Part shown: positions 1-13,085 of the stretch, one piece after another
How the letters are laid out: each line of letters opens with the position of its first letter
Position numbering within the stretch: the stretch's first letter is position 1
Made by a program: the position numbers and the translations under genes
Notes under the pieces: generated by a model
Seen by the model: only the letters and a program-made list of their open reading frames with translations
The model's database searches: none
Told to the model about the DNA's origin: nothing
Assembly: GCA_964016885.1 (NCBI GenBank)
Contig: OZ024754.1
Span: 11,904,001-11,968,000, forward strand
Source of the DNA: Eledone cirrhosa
Lineage: Eukaryota
Reading direction: 5' to 3'
Length of the DNA stretch: 64,000 nt

Positions 1-1290
1 AGAGGCATTAAATTAATTGACCAAGTCATGAAGGTCACAGAAAAAGTTATAGTGCAACTAATCAGAGAGCGAATTGATCTAGATGAAATGCAGTTTGGGT
101 TTGTGTCAGCTAAAAGTACCACAGACGCCCTTTTCCTTGTACGACAACTACAGGAGAAGTACCTAACTAAAAGTAAACCCCTATACTTAGCTATTGTTGA
201 CTTGGAGAAAGCCTTTGACAAAGTCCCCTGCGCCATTATCTGGTGGGCCCTTAGAAAACTAGGGGTTGATGAATGGCTTGTGAGAGCTATACAAGCCATG
301 TATAAAGAAACAGTCAGTAAGGTTAGAATTAACAACGAATATAGTGAAGAATTTAGCGTAAAGGTTGGTGTTCATCAGGGCTCTGTCCTTAGTCCCCTCC
401 TATTTATTATTGCCCTTCAGACCATAACAGAGGAGTTCAAGACCGGCTGCCCGTGGGAACTTCTATATGCAAATGATCTAACGCTCATAGCTGAATCAAT
501 GGCTGAACTAGAGAAGAAATTCCAAACATGGAAGCATAGCCTAGAATCAAAAGGTATAACTTGTCTAAGACTAAAGTTCTAGTTTGTAGGAAGGAAAATA
601 GGGCACAGGTCCCCTCTGGGAAATGGCCATGCTCAGTGTGTAGGAAAGGAGTAGGCAAAAATTCCATTTTATGTCCCAAATGCAAAGTATGGGTGCATAA
701 AAGATGTAGTGGGATCACAGGTAAGCTATCTAAGAACGTAGATTTTATATGTGGCCGGTGCTCAGGTGCAATAAGTAGCAAGTGCCCACAGGATACTAGC
801 TCCTTCTATTGCTCAGATGGCTCTATAGAAATAGAGGACACTTTCTGTTACCTGGGTGACAAAATCAGCAGTGGTGGAGGGTGCTCTGAAAGTACAGTAG
901 CCAGAGTCAGAACGGGATGGAAATAGTTTATTGGATGGAAAAAGTTTATTGGCCACAAAAGGCTTCTCTCTAAAAATGAAAAGCAGACTGTATGATGCCT
1001 GCATACGAACAACAACATTACATGGCATTGAGACACGGGCATTGTGTGCAGAGGATCTGCGCAGACTGAAGAGGAACAAAGCATGCATGCTACGTTGGAC
1101 AGCAAAGCATAAATGAACTAAGTGAGAAATTAGGTATAAGAGGGATCAAATGCTGTTTACTCGAGAGAAGACTACGTTGGTATGGTCACGTGATGCGCAT
1201 GAAAGACGACAGCTGGATAAAAAAGTGCAGGGGGATCAAAATTGATGGAAGTTACGGAGTAGGCAGACCCAGAAAAACCTGGGACGATTT
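1..1290 (+). mobile_element. RTE-clade LINE, degenerate RT region (frameshifts/stops), truncated by a Helitron fragment
   Basis: ORFs 28-582, 561-926 and 931-1116 carry QFGF, DLEKAFD, GVHQGSVLSP and YANDL motifs; closely similar to the copy at 4614-6581. Confidence 0.95.
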
Positions 1291-1902
1291 TTGATAAATT
1301 CTGGCAATTCTGCCGAATACACTGCCAAGAATGAACCTTTTCCCCTCGCCGTCAGATATCCCGTTCGATTTCCGGCGATCCCAATTCCCGGTGAGACCAT
1401 GTTTTGCCATGTCCATTAACAAGTCACAAGGGCAAACATTGTCGGTGGTGGGCATCCATTTGGGGGAGCCATGCTTCTCCCATGGCCAACTTTATGTTGC
1501 CTGTTCCTGCATAGGGAGCAGGAATGGACTTTTTGCTTAAACTCCTCAAGGGATGACATGCAATATCGTCTACAAAGAGGTGCTACAGATGTTGGTGGAG
1601 GTGTTGGAGCTATGCCGTCTGGAAAACTATTTCCTGGTAGGGTCACCCATGGCGGACAGATCTGACACCCAGCGGCATCAGGGCCACCATTTTGCAACTT
1701 TAGTCTGCTAAATTCGCTATTGGAAGATTATTAACCCATCATTGATTGTCCAAAATGCTAATTGGTTCGTAACTTTTAATAACCGGTTCAATTGCTTTAT
1801 GCACTTAATTGATAAGCTTATTCGCTTTCAAGCCACGTTTACCTGTATGTAACTTTTCATAGCAAATGAACAAACCCGAGCAACGCCGGGCTAAACTGCT
1901 AG
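1291..1902 (+). mobile_element. Helitron 3' fragment (PIF1 helicase C-terminus plus 3' hairpin and CTAG)
   Basis: ORF 1331-1540 FRRSQFPVRPCFAMSINKSQGQTL..HGQLYVACS; hairpin CCCGAGCAACGCCGGG at 1875-1890, CTAG at 1899-1902 followed by T. Confidence 0.9.
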
Positions 1903-2033
1903 TTATATATATATATTAAAATAACAGATTAAAGTTTAAGCAAAGAATCGCTGCTTTCACCCTTAACGAGATCTTCTGAAACTAAAAAATCAATCTGTGA
2001 ACGCAGATGTAAATATTTCGAAAAACGTTACAC

Positions 2034-2078
<45 letters not shown>

Positions 2079-2372
2079 TATATATATATATATATACACA
2101 CTATATATATACATACACACACACACCGTGTCATAATGTCGTAATGCAGACAGCCAGTCATACAGACAGATATTATAAGGGCGCAACGTTATATCTGTGT
2201 ATCTATCTAAAAAGAGAAAGACTAAGAATTATAGAGAGAGATCGCTAAATCGCCTAATGCGGTCCCTAGGGACTCACAAGACCATAAGTATTACATGTGT
2301 AAAGTTTGAAAACAATCGGTTGGGTGGTTCTCGAGTTTTAGTGATCGGACAGACAGACAGACATACATTCTC

Positions 2373-2420
<48 letters not shown>

Positions 2421-2482
2421 AATGTAATACCAATATACTCAACTATAAAGGATATTATGAATATAAGACTATACAATTAATT

Positions 2483-2659
2483 AATTGTTTCTACTTTAGG
2501 CACAAGGCCAGCAATAACCCAGTCCATTACTAGTACTTTATTTTATCGACCCCGTAAGGATGAAAGGCAAAGTCAACCTCGGCGGGATTTGAACTCAGAT
2601 CGCAAAGGGACGTAACTATGCTGGAAAGCATGGCGTCCGACCCTCTACCGATACTGCCA
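2483..2659 (-). mobile_element. tRNA-derived SINE, family A (about 180 bp)
   Basis: A-box TGGCAGTATCGG, B-box GTTCAAATCC, tail ...AAAGTAGAAACAATTA; about 15 full or partial copies in the window (e.g. 7228, 16361, 30317, 41784, 43150, 46980, 49038, 52030, 52228, 52590, 57035, 60365, 61292, 63268). Confidence 0.85.
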
Positions 2660-2694
2660 ATACAATTAATTAATGGGGTTTGGAAAGCTTCCTT

Positions 2695-3014
2695 GGACAC
2701 ACACACACACGCACACACATGTGGACAGCCACATGTGGACACACACATGGGGACATCCCCACAACCATACACACTCACATACACACACAGACATACACAC
2801 TCACACACAGACATACACACACACACACACACACACGCGGACATCCCCACAACCATACACACACATACCCAGACACACACATGTGGACATACACACGCAC
2901 ACATGGACATCCCCCACAACCATACACACACATACACCACAGACACACACATGGGGACATCCCCACAACCATACACACTCACATACACACACAGACATAC
3001 ACACTCACACACAG

Positions 3015-3055
<41 letters not shown>

Positions 3056-3480
3056 CATCCCCACAACCATACACACACATACCCAGACACACACATGTGG
3101 ACATACACACGCACACATGGACATCCCCCACAACCATACACACACATACACCACAGACACACACATGGGGACATCCCCACAACCATACACACTCACATAC
3201 ACACACAGACATACACACTCACACACAGACATACACACACACACACACACACACACACGGACATCCCCACAACCATACACACACATACCCAGACACACAC
3301 ATGTGGACATACACACGCACACATGGACATCCCCCACAACCATACACACACATACACCACAGACACACACATTTGGACATACACACACATGTGGACAGCC
3401 ACATGGAGACACACACATGGGGACATCCCCACAACCATACACACTCACATACACACACAGACATACACACTCACACACAG

Positions 3481-3519
<39 letters not shown>

Positions 3520-3880
3520 CATCCCCACAACCATACACACACATACACAGACACACACATGTGGACATACACACGCGCACATGGACATCCCCCACAACCA
3601 TACACACACATACACCACAGACACACACATTTGGACATACACACACATGTGGACATATACACACATGTGGACATACGCACACACACACCCACACACACAC
3701 ACACACACATGGACATCCACATGGCCATATACACCCACACACAGCCATACGCACAAGCCATACACACTGACACACACAGGCATCTATACACACACACACA
3801 CACACATACACACACATGCATACAGGCATCCACACAGCCACATACACTCACACACAGAGGCATCTACACACTCTCTCACA
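2695..3880. repeat. CA-rich complex minisatellite (about 200-250 bp higher-order unit)
   Basis: Recurrent GGACATCCCCACAACCATACACAC blocks among (CA)n. Confidence 0.9.
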
Positions 3881-3921
3881 CATATAAGAAGTTCTTCTTC
3901 ACTGTCGTATTCTCTTTACAG

Positions 3922-4066
3922 TGTATATTGGTTGTTATCGTTACAACAAAGCAGCCAGAGAACTCCAGGCCTACCAACATTCATCCATTCCACTCACAAC
4001 AGGACATCCTCAGTGTTTCAAACATTGCAGAGGACTGAAGAAAAGATTTGCAGGAATTATTTACAA
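3922..4066 (+). CDS. WSC-domain membrane protein, exon (WSC1 N-half)
   Basis: tttacag acceptor, gtaatg donor; YIGCYRYNKAARELQAYQHSSIPLTTGHPQCFKHCRGLKKRFAGIIY; phase 1 to 2. Confidence 0.85.
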
Positions 4067-4184
4067 GTAATGAGTTAATTTATGTCTTTTTTAAAAATTT
4101 AATTTTATTATGTTTTTACAAAGTTGTTTTTATTGACACCCATCTTGTGCTATTTTCATGGGGTGGACTCCATAGAAGTAAAAG

Positions 4185-4221
<37 letters not shown>

Positions 4222-4560
4222 TCATCATCATCATCATCATTTCATTTTACGTCCGCTTTTACGTCCGCTTGCAAGGGTGGGACGGGAACTGATGCTGGCT
4301 TGATATCTACAGCTGGATGCCCTTCCTAACACCAACCTCATTTACAGTGAGTACTGGGTGCTTTTTTGCCGTGGCTCCTCCACGACCACTTTGCAGTGGA
4401 ATGATATGGACCCCAGTCCCTATCATCTCATTTCTACAGCTGAGTAAACTGGAGCAATGTGAAATAAAGTGTCTTGCTCAAGGAAACAACACATCACCCG
4501 GTCTGAGAATTGAACTCACAATCTTTCGATTGCAAGGCCAATGCTCTAACCACTAAGCCT

Positions 4561-4597
<37 letters not shown>

Positions 4598-4601
<4 letters not shown>

Positions 4602-6978
4602 CAGGACTATCAAGTGGCCAGGAGGGAAGCTAGGAGACAAGTGTACTTAGCAAGAAGGGAAGCTGAGGAAAGAAAGTTCAAGCATGTTCTACAACGCGAT
4701 GACCAAAAACGTGAGGTGTTCAGGATTGCTAGGCAATGCGTCAAGGAAAACCGTGATATTGTCGGGGAGAAGTGTGTACTAAACGACGATGGCACACTTG
4801 CCATCACCGACGCTGATAAGAAGGTAGCTTGGAAGTGTCACTATGAAAGGCTTCTAAATGAGGAGAATAATTGGGAGAAAGGCAGTCTCCCCCATATCGA
4901 CCCAATAGAGGGACCAGCAGTGTTAGTCGAGGGGAGTATAATAAGTAAGGCAATCAAGGATATGAAGACTGGTAAGGCGGCTGGGCCTTCGGAAATAGTT
5001 GCTGAGATGCTGAAGGCATCTGGCACGGTGGGACACACCATGGTCACCCGCATAGTTAACCAAGTCGTACAGAATGGGGTTGTTCCGAAGGACTGGCATA
5101 GCAGCATCATCGTTAACTGTTATAAGGGTAAAGGAGACGCCCTAGATAGGAGTAACTATAGAGGCATTAAATTAATTGACCAGGTCATGAAGGTCACGGA
5201 AAGAGTAATAGCGCAACTAATCAGAGAGAGAATTGACCTAGATGAAATGCAGTTCGGGTTTGTGTCAGGCAAAAGTACCACAGACGCTCTTTTCATAGTA
5301 CGACAACTACAGGAGAAGTACCTAGCTAAAGGTAAACCCCTCTACTTAGCTTTTGTCGACTTGGAGAAAGCCTTCGACAGAGTCCCCCGCTCCATTATCT
5401 GGTGGGCTCTTAGAAAACTAGGCGTTGACGAATGGCTTGTGAGGGCTATACAAGCCATGTATAAAGAAACAGTCAGCAAGGTTAGAATTAACAACGAATA
5501 TAGTGAAGAGTTTAGCGTAAAAGTTGGCGTCCATCAGGGCTCTGTTCTCAGTCCACTACTATTTATTATTGCCCTTCAGGCTATAACAGAGGAGTTCAAG
5601 ACAGGCTGCCCATGGGAACTCCTATACGCAGACGACCTGACACTCATAGCGGAATCAATGGCCGAGCTAGAGAAGAAATTCCAAATATGGAAGCACGGCC
5701 TAGAGTCAAAAGGACTTAAAATTAACCTGGCTAAGACCAAAGTACTAGTTTGTAGGAAAGAAAACAAGGCGGCGGTCCCTTCTGGGAAATGGTCGTGCTC
5801 GGTGTGTAGGAAAGGCGTAGGTAGAAACTCCATTTTATGTCCTAAATGCAAAGTATGGGTGCATAAAAGATGTAGTGGGATCACAGGTAAGCTAACTAAG
5901 AACATAGATTTTACATGTGGCCGGTGCTCTGGTGCAATAAGTAGCAGCAAGTGCCCACAAACTACTAGCTCTTTCAATTGCGCAGAGGGTTCTATAGAAA
6001 TAGTGGACAGCTTCCGTTACCTGGGCGATAAAATCAGCAGTGGGGGAGGGTGCTCTGAAAGTACTGTAGCTAGAGTCAGAACTGGTTGGAAAAAGTTCAG
6101 AGAGCTTATACCACTATTAGCTGCTAAAGGGTTCTCACTAAAAATGAAAGGCAGGTTGTACGATGCCTGCATACGAACAGCAATGCTGCATGGCAGTGAG
6201 ACCTGGGCATTGTGTGCAGAGGATATACGCAGACTAGAGAGGAACGAAGCTTGCATGCTCCGCTGGATGTGTAACAGTAATATACGTGAACGGCAAAGCA
6301 TAAACGAACTAAGGAAAAAATTAGAGATAAGAGGGATCAGATGTTGTTTACTCGAGAGAAGGCTACGTTGGTATGGACACGTGATGCGCATGAAAGTCGA
6401 TAGCTGTATAACAAAGTGCAGGGCAATAAAGATAGACGGTAGTCACGGAATAGGCAGACCTAGAAAAACCTGGGACGAGCTGATAAACTCCGACATCACA
6501 CACTTACACCTCTCCAAGACAATGTCACTGGACCGAGACCTTTGGCGGTACTCAGTAACAGAGAAGACCCGCCTTACCTAAATATATAGTAAAACCTACT
6601 CCAGCCAGTAGGCATCTCTAACAAAATACACCCCGTCCCACCACCACCACCCCCACCCCATCCACATCACCCCGTTCTATGTAAAGTTATGTTGGTGCCG
6701 CGCCATCGAGGCCGAAACAAATGAGATCGTGTAGGTGTCACGACAAAAAAACACACAGTCCACGCTGTAATGTGGCCGTGTAGGCAACACGGTAAAAACC
6801 TCCCAGACCCACACTGTAAATGTGGTTGGTGTTAGGAAGGGCATCCAACTGTAGAAAACCTGCCAGACAGTCCTATGCGAGCAAGACAATCACTCTTGCC
6901 TCAAGTGGGACTACCCCCGTCCAAACCCATGCAAGCGTGGAACACGGACGTTAAACGTTGATGATGATGATGATGATG
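4598..6978 (+). mobile_element. 5'-truncated RTE LINE with uninterrupted RT ORF, 3' UTR and (TGA)n tail, inserted in (TA)n
   Basis: ORF 4614-6581; 3' UTR shared with the minus-strand copies at 38045-39050 and 47711-48141. Confidence 0.95.
4614..6581 (+). CDS. RTE reverse transcriptase (no endonuclease, 5'-truncated) with inserted PHD-type Zn finger
   Basis: KGKGD..NYRGI, QFGF, DLEKAFD, QGSVLSP, YADD, YLG; CSVC-x10-CPKC-x3-H-x2-C...CGRC. Confidence 0.93.
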   Translation: MARREARRQVYLARREAEERKFKHVLQRDDQKREVFRIARQCVKENRDIVGEKCVLNDDGTLAITDADKKVAWKCHYERLLNEENNWEKGSLPHIDPIEGPAVLVEGSIISKAIKDMKTGKAAGPSEIVAEMLKASGTVGHTMVTRIVNQVVQNGVVPKDWHSSIIVNCYKGKGDALDRSNYRGIKLIDQVMKVTERVIAQLIRERIDLDEMQFGFVSGKSTTDALFIVRQLQEKYLAKGKPLYLAFVDLEKAFDRVPRSIIWWALRKLGVDEWLVRAIQAMYKETVSKVRINNEYSEEFSVKVGVHQGSVLSPLLFIIALQAITEEFKTGCPWELLYADDLTLIAESMAELEKKFQIWKHGLESKGLKINLAKTKVLVCRKENKAAVPSGKWSCSVCRKGVGRNSILCPKCKVWVHKRCSGITGKLTKNIDFTCGRCSGAISSSKCPQTTSSFNCAEGSIEIVDSFRYLGDKISSGGGCSESTVARVRTGWKKFRELIPLLAAKGFSLKMKGRLYDACIRTAMLHGSETWALCAEDIRRLERNEACMLRWMCNSNIRERQSINELRKKLEIRGIRCCLLERRLRWYGHVMRMKVDSCITKCRAIKIDGSHGIGRPRKTWDELINSDITHLHLSKTMSLDRDLWRYSVTEKTRLT

Positions 6979-6986
6979 ATATATAT

Positions 6987-7165
<179 letters not shown>

Positions 7166-7170
7166 TATAC

Positions 7171-7214
<44 letters not shown>

Positions 7215-7399
7215 AAAAGGGCGGTGAATTGGCAGTATCGGTAGAGGGTCGGACATGCTTTCCAGCATAGTTACGTCCCTTTACGATCTGAGTTCAAATC
7301 CCGCCGAGGTTAACTTTGCCTTTTATCCATACAGAGGTCGATAGTACCAGTAATGCACTGGGTAATCGCTGGCTTTGTGCCAAAAGTAGAAACAATTAT

Positions 7400-7677
7400 A
7401 ATCATCATTTTCCCTGCTTGCAAGGGTGGGATGGGTCCTTTTCAGCACAACATCTCTCCATTTGTCACGGTTCTTCGTCATCTCCTCTGTGAGCTTCAGC
7501 GATCTGAGGTCAGCTATCACCCCCTCCACCCATGTTTTTCATCGTCTTCCTGTATGGTGTCTTCCTTCCACTGTGATTACTGGGATTCTTCACCCAGCAG
7601 TCATCTTCACCCAACGGTCATCTTCCATACATCACATGGCCATACCAGTGCAATCTTCTCTCCTACACACTACAGTT
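7400..7677 (-). mobile_element. RTE LINE 3' fragment (subfamily ending ...ACCCTTGCAAGCAGGGAAAA-(TGA)n)
   Basis: Translates to [19 protein letters not shown]; same end at 17055, 42200-42370 and 50373-50515. Confidence 0.8.
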
Positions 7678-7731
7678 TATATATATATATAGGAGGAAGT
7701 TATAGTTCACTTGAAGCATTGTGTAATGAGG

Positions 7732-8080
7732 TATAAACGTTTGTATATGTATAATAAAGCCAAAAGAATGCAGGTATGGGCATAGAATAAAGAATGCAAA
7801 TGCAAAAGATATTGTTGACAATTAGTCTTTTACCTTAGATTTATTTAAATGTCCTTAATTTTCAAGATAATATCTCTTCTTCGGAGGGAAGTAAAGCGGT
7901 TAAACCAGTGTTCTAAATAGGTTCCCTCCGAAGAAGAGATATTATCTCGAAAATTAAGGACATTTAAATAAATCTAAGGTAAAAGACTAATTGTCAACAA
8001 TATCTTTTGCATTTGCATCCTTTATTCTATGTCCATACCTGCATTGTTTTGGCTTTATTATACATATACAAACGTTTATA
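7732..8080. repeat. Fold-back element, about 160-bp arms, hammerhead-bearing
   Basis: 7732-7890 is the near-perfect reverse complement of 7922-8080. Confidence 0.92.
7921..7961 (+). ncRNA. Minimal type-I hammerhead ribozyme motif (U4C core)
   Basis: cct-CCGAAGA-a-GAGAT att ATCTC-GAAA-AT-TA-agg; short stem I. Confidence 0.55.
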
Positions 8081-8323
8081 TATATATATATTTTTAACCT
8101 CTTTAGCTTGATTCGTTTTTTTGACTCTGGTGGCTGATGGCTTCACGACTACTGTTTTCATTTTATCTGGCCTTTATAACAGATGTTAATTGTTCTGGTT
8201 TCTTCTTAGTCCATTGAGCATTTTCCGGCATATCTCAAAGATTGCGTTTTGTTTTGTTTTGGCCACCGCCGAAATACGATCTCGCTGAAATTATATTTGT
8301 ATATATATATATGTATATATATA

Positions 8324-8398
<75 letters not shown>

Positions 8399-9365
8399 GC
8401 CAATTAACATTACTAACCCCACTACATGCACATGTGCAAAAAATGATGTGTGTGTGTTAGTGCATCTGCACACGTACCACCCTCAACAACACATGAACAC
8501 TTTCACCAGCACACCCACTCACATATATACATTAACACGTATACATTAACACACACGTATACATTAACACACTTTTGCAACTGCACAAAAACATGCACAC
8601 ACACACACACATATATACAGATGTCCACACATGCGTGTAGTTGACCCTGTATACATACAGCCAATTAACACTACTAATACTCACCCGCTAAATATACACA
8701 TACACCCACTACAGAACAACAAAATGCCATCTGTACCTTTATTCTGAATTAAGAAGGTACTTTCAATTTAATCCTTTAGCATTCGCATTACTCTATATAT
8801 GCTGTTGTGCTGTTGTGTTTTCACGGTGGAGACTTTACCTCGCATAATTGTCTCACATAGTATTGGATCTGTGAGATTTTGAAAGTATCTTTAGCAGCGA
8901 GGTATGTTGTAGCACAAAGTAATGTTTGTTAAATTGTATGGTTGAAGTTCAACATAAAAGGGTTACAAAAGGAATGTGGCATTGTGCCAGGCCCAAGGAA
9001 GGCCGGCAGGCCAAAGTGCATATCTCACTGTTACATGTTGTTTGTGTTGATCCCTCGACGTTCAAGCAGCAAGAGAGATTTCTCGAATCGACGCAGGGAA
9101 TTTTTCCCTCAGGGTGCGTAGAAATACATTCTCATCTGCTGGCGGTCATTGGCTGGGCTGAGCCAAATAACGCATGGAGAATGTATATGAGCCCGCGGAA
9201 TGTAGGTCACTACATATCTATTTTGAGAATGGTACCTTGGCATCAGTTTGAGCGACCGGTTGCAGCCGGTTTCAACAGAAACTATTAAATTAGACATCGC
9301 CTGGGCCAATACTGGCCGAAACCTATTAAAGTTATCAAAGTTATTTGTATGTTTATTTACTGTAG

Positions 9366-9493
9366 AAATATCTGTCACTGCGTTGACAAAGGACCAAAAG
9401 AAAGTAACAAAGAGAAACCATGCTTTTTAAGGTGTGAAGATAATCCCTATCAGGAATGTGGTGGATACCAAAAGATCAGTCTTTTGAAGAACC
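9366..9493 (+). CDS. WSC-domain membrane protein, exon (WSC1 C-half)
   Basis: ctgtag acceptor, gtaagt donor; NICHCVDKGPKESNKEKPCFLRCEDNPYQECGGYQKISLLKN; phase 2 to 1. Confidence 0.88.
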
Positions 9494-9783
9494 GTAAGTA
9501 GGCTTTCATCTTTACCTATCAAGTTCATTTCTCTTCTTACAGACAATTTCTAGCTTCAACCCTTTTGTTACTATATTTCTAATGAAAGATGTCATATGGC
9601 ATTCAATTCATTTTGAAAATAATCAAGAATTTGAAGGGATTTAATAATAAAGTATCAATTAAATACAAGTGTTGATAAAATCAACTCCCCACCCCCAGTT
9701 GCTGGCCTTGTGCCAACATTAGCAAGAATTATTATGCTGGCATTTGGAACAATTTTATGTATTTTTAAACTTTACCTTTTCAG

Positions 9784-9807
9784 AGTTCTTCTCAGCAAAT
9801 GACCACA
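9784..9807 (+). CDS. WSC-domain protein, 24-bp micro-exon
   Basis: ccttttcag acceptor, gtaagt donor; QFFSANDH; symmetric phase 1-1. Confidence 0.65.
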
Positions 9808-9879
9808 GTAAGTATAATAATGTTTGAAATATATAACTTGAATGGTTACTCTCATTTGATTTAATCTGTCACCTAGCTG

Positions 9880-10393
9880 ATACCTGATTTGGTATCTGGT
9901 TTGATGCTTGGTTTGATACCTGGTTTAATGTCTGGTTTGATGTCTGGTTTGATGTCTGGTTTGATATATGGTTTGATGTCTGGTTTGATGTCTGGTTTGA
10001 TACCTGGTTTGATGTCTGGTTTGATGCTTGGTTTGATACATAGTTTGATACTTGGTTTATGCCTGGTTTGATACTTGGTTTGATACATAGTTTGATGTCT
10101 GGTTTGATGCATGGTTTGATATCTGGTTTGACATCTGGTTTGATATATGGTTTGATGTCTGGTTTGTTATCTGGTTTGATGTCTGGTTTGATATTTTTTT
10201 TTATGTCTGGTTTGATGTCTGGTTTGATATCTGGTTTGATGTCTGGTTTGATATCTGGTTTGATGTCTGGGTTTGATATCTGGTTTGATGTCTGGTTTGA
10301 TGTCTGGTTTGATGTCTGGTTTGATTCTTGGTTTGTTGCCTGGTTTGATGCCTGGTTTGATATCTGGTTTGATGTCTAGTTTGATTCTTGGTT
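9880..10393. repeat. 12-bp minisatellite (TCTGGTTTGATG)n
   Basis: About 40 imperfect copies. Confidence 0.95.
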
Positions 10394-10849
10394 TCGCTTT
10401 AGTGGAGTCCACCAGGGTGCTCTATTGCTGGTATCACAACAGAAAGCACCCAGTCCATTCTGTAAGGTGGCAGTGCTGGTACGACAACAAAAAACACTCA
10501 GTCCACCCTGCATAGTGGTATTGGTGGCACCACAATGAAAAGCACTCGGTCCTCCTCCCCTGTAAAGTTGTAGTGTTGGTGCCACAACAAAAAGTGCCCG
10601 GTCCCCCTTGAAAAGTGGTAGTGCAAGTGCTACAATGAAAAGCTCCTAGTGCATGATGTAAAGTGGTTGGCAATAAGAAAAGTATCCAGCCATAGAAATC
10701 AAGCCAAAAATGGATGTATGAGCAAGATGTGGTCACCTGATTGGTTTTCCTCCCTGGTTTCCTTCCTCCCACCAATCTCAGAGGTCATGAAACAAGGTCA
10801 TAGGCACTGTCCTTCTTTCTAAAAAAAAGATAAAACAAAATCCTCCTCC

Positions 10850-11145
10850 TCCTCCATCAACACCATCATCACCATCATCACCACCACCACCACCACCACC
10901 ACTACTAGCACCACCACCACCACCACCACCACTATCATCATCACCATCACCATCACCATTACCACAACCACCACCTCCACCACCACTACCACCGCCACCA
11001 CCACCACCACAACCACCACCACCACCACCACCACCACCACCTCCACCACCACCACCACCTCCACCACCACCCCCACTACCAACACCACCACCACCACCAC
11101 CACCACCACTACCAACACCACCACCACCACCATTACCATCATCAC
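10850..11145. repeat. (CAC)n/(CAT)n microsatellite
   Basis: Direct inspection. Confidence 0.95.
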
Positions 11146-11740
11146 TTTTCCATGTCTAGTTTCTGTGTTTGCTATTTGCATGGGTTAGATGGGTTGTGAT
11201 GTTATGCTGCTTAACTAGTCAGCTGACCACGTCTTGTGCATACGGATCTGTTTCTGGCTTGGTTTCTGTCGATGGATGCTCTACTTAATGCTAACCACTT
11301 TACAGCATGTACTGGAAGCATTTCATTGGGACATCATGACTCCAGCGTTACGATTTTACAGGGTTGGACAGGGTGCTTTTTGTTGTGGTACCAGTATTAA
11401 CAGTTTACAGAGAAAATATGGTATAATAATGAAAATATCAAGTTGATTTATTTCAGAGTTGGAGTTTAGTAAACGTTGTATTCCTCATGCAAAGCATGGC
11501 GCCAACAAAGAATGGGAGGCAACTCACCATCCAGCTTGTCAAACATATAGTAAGTTGGTTTCTTAATTAATAACCAAAAGAATATATATATCGACAGTCG
11601 ATCGACTTTCGTCAAATCGGACCGAGGGAACAATGTTTCCATTGGTCTTTCCAATTGCTAATACTATCTATCGGTCGCAACTCCAGGTAGAAGGAGCAAA
11701 CCTGAAATAAAGTGTCTTGCTCAAGGACATAACGCATCGC

Positions 11741-11865
<125 letters not shown>

Positions 11866-12091
11866 TCCCACACTGTAAATGTGGTTGGTGTTAGGAAGGG
11901 CATCCAGCTGTAGAAAACCCGCCAGATAGTCCTATGCGAGCAAGATAACCACTCTTGCCTCAAGTGGGAAAACCCTCCGTCCAAACCCATGCAAGCATGG
12001 AACACAGACGTTAAACGATGATGATGATGATGATGATGATATATATATATATATATATATAGTTATGTAATAAACAGCATAAGACAATTAT

Positions 12092-12162
12092 TCCATTTAC
12101 CAAAGGTTTCACGAAGACAAACGAGCTCGACGCAGACGTCTGAAATCGTTCATCAGAATGAA
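12092..12162 (-). ncRNA. Type-I hammerhead ribozyme motif (inverted copy)
   Basis: Reverse complement of 12173-12243 with intact CTGATGA, GAAA and GTA. Confidence 0.75.
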
Positions 12163-12172
12163 ATAATAAAAT

Positions 12173-12243
12173 TTCATTCTGATGAACGATTTCAGACGTC
12201 TGTGTCGAGCTTGTCTGTCTTCGTGAAACCTTTGGTAAATGGA
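12173..12243 (+). ncRNA. Type-I hammerhead ribozyme motif
   Basis: ttcatt-CTGATGA-acga..cagacg..tgtctg..tcgt-GAAA-CCTTTGG-TA-aatgga. Confidence 0.8.
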
Positions 12244-12598
12244 ATAAGTGTCCTATGTTGTTTATTACATAACTAAATAGCTCTGTAGCCTACATAGAGC
12301 ACTCTCTTTTCCTTTACCTTTCCTACAGAAACACTTAATATATATATATCATCATCATCGTCGTTTAATGTCTATCTTCCACGCTAGCGTGGGTTTAGGC
12401 GGCAATTGTTCCACTCGAGGCAAGATTGGTCGTCTCGCTCGTATAGCACTGTCTGGCAGGTGTTCTACGGCTGGATGCCCTTCCTTACACCAACCACGTT
12501 TACAGTGTGGACTAGGAGGTTTTTACTATGTTACCTACACGGCCACATTACAGTGTGGACTGTGTGTTTTTTTTTTGTCGTGACACCTACACGACCAT

Positions 12599-13085
12599 AT
12601 AATAATAACATTAATAAAGATGCTAATGTTACAAAATTCGTTTATTCATTATAATTATTTCAACGGTTCTCCTATGCAATCAAGATGTAATTCATGCATT
12701 TGTTGTTGTTATGAGAATTGTATCCTTAGATGAAATTCAATTTTGTGATATGTTGCCAGCAGGAAAAAAAACACACGCTCTTCTGCTCGTGCATCCAACA
12801 GACATATGAGTTCTTGACACGTGAATAGCACTTTACTCCTGTAAACACGAAGGGTGGGAGACCCTTTCAGGAATTCATATGTCTGCTGGACACACAAGCA
12901 GAAGGACGTGTGTTCTTTTCCTGTCGGCAGCATATCACAAAATCGAATTTCATCAGAAGATACTGTTCTCATGACAACAACAAATGCATGATTTACACCT
13001 TGATTGCATGGGAGAACCGTTGAAATAATTATAATGAATAAATTATTTTTGTAACATCAGCATCTTTATTAATGTTATTATTATA
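12599..13085. repeat. Fold-back element, about 210-bp diverged arms, hammerhead-bearing
   Basis: 12599-12815 versus 12875-13085 in reverse complement. Confidence 0.9.
12949..13038 (+). ncRNA. Type-I hammerhead motif (core CAGAAGA)
   Basis: ttcat-CAGAAGA-t-actgttctc...gagaaccgt-t-GAAA-TAATTA-TA-atgaa; palindromic stem III. Confidence 0.6.

Larger units (their letters stand above)
12061..12335 (+). mobile_element. Hammerhead-bearing fold-back element (Penelope-like pLTR derivative), same family as 19605-19950
   Basis: Inverted arms spanning 12061-12274 plus unique tail GCTCTGTAGCCTACATAGAGCACTCT shared with about 19893-19920; flanked by (TA)n. Confidence 0.75.

Noticed and set aside
2530-4078. 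Long His/Thr- or Cys/Val-rich ORFs
   Set aside because: Stop-free (CA)n minisatellite open in several frames; only 3922-4066 is a plausible exon, in another frame
9873-10412. KPDI/MSGL-repeat protein
   Set aside because: 12-bp minisatellite inside an intron, with frameshifts
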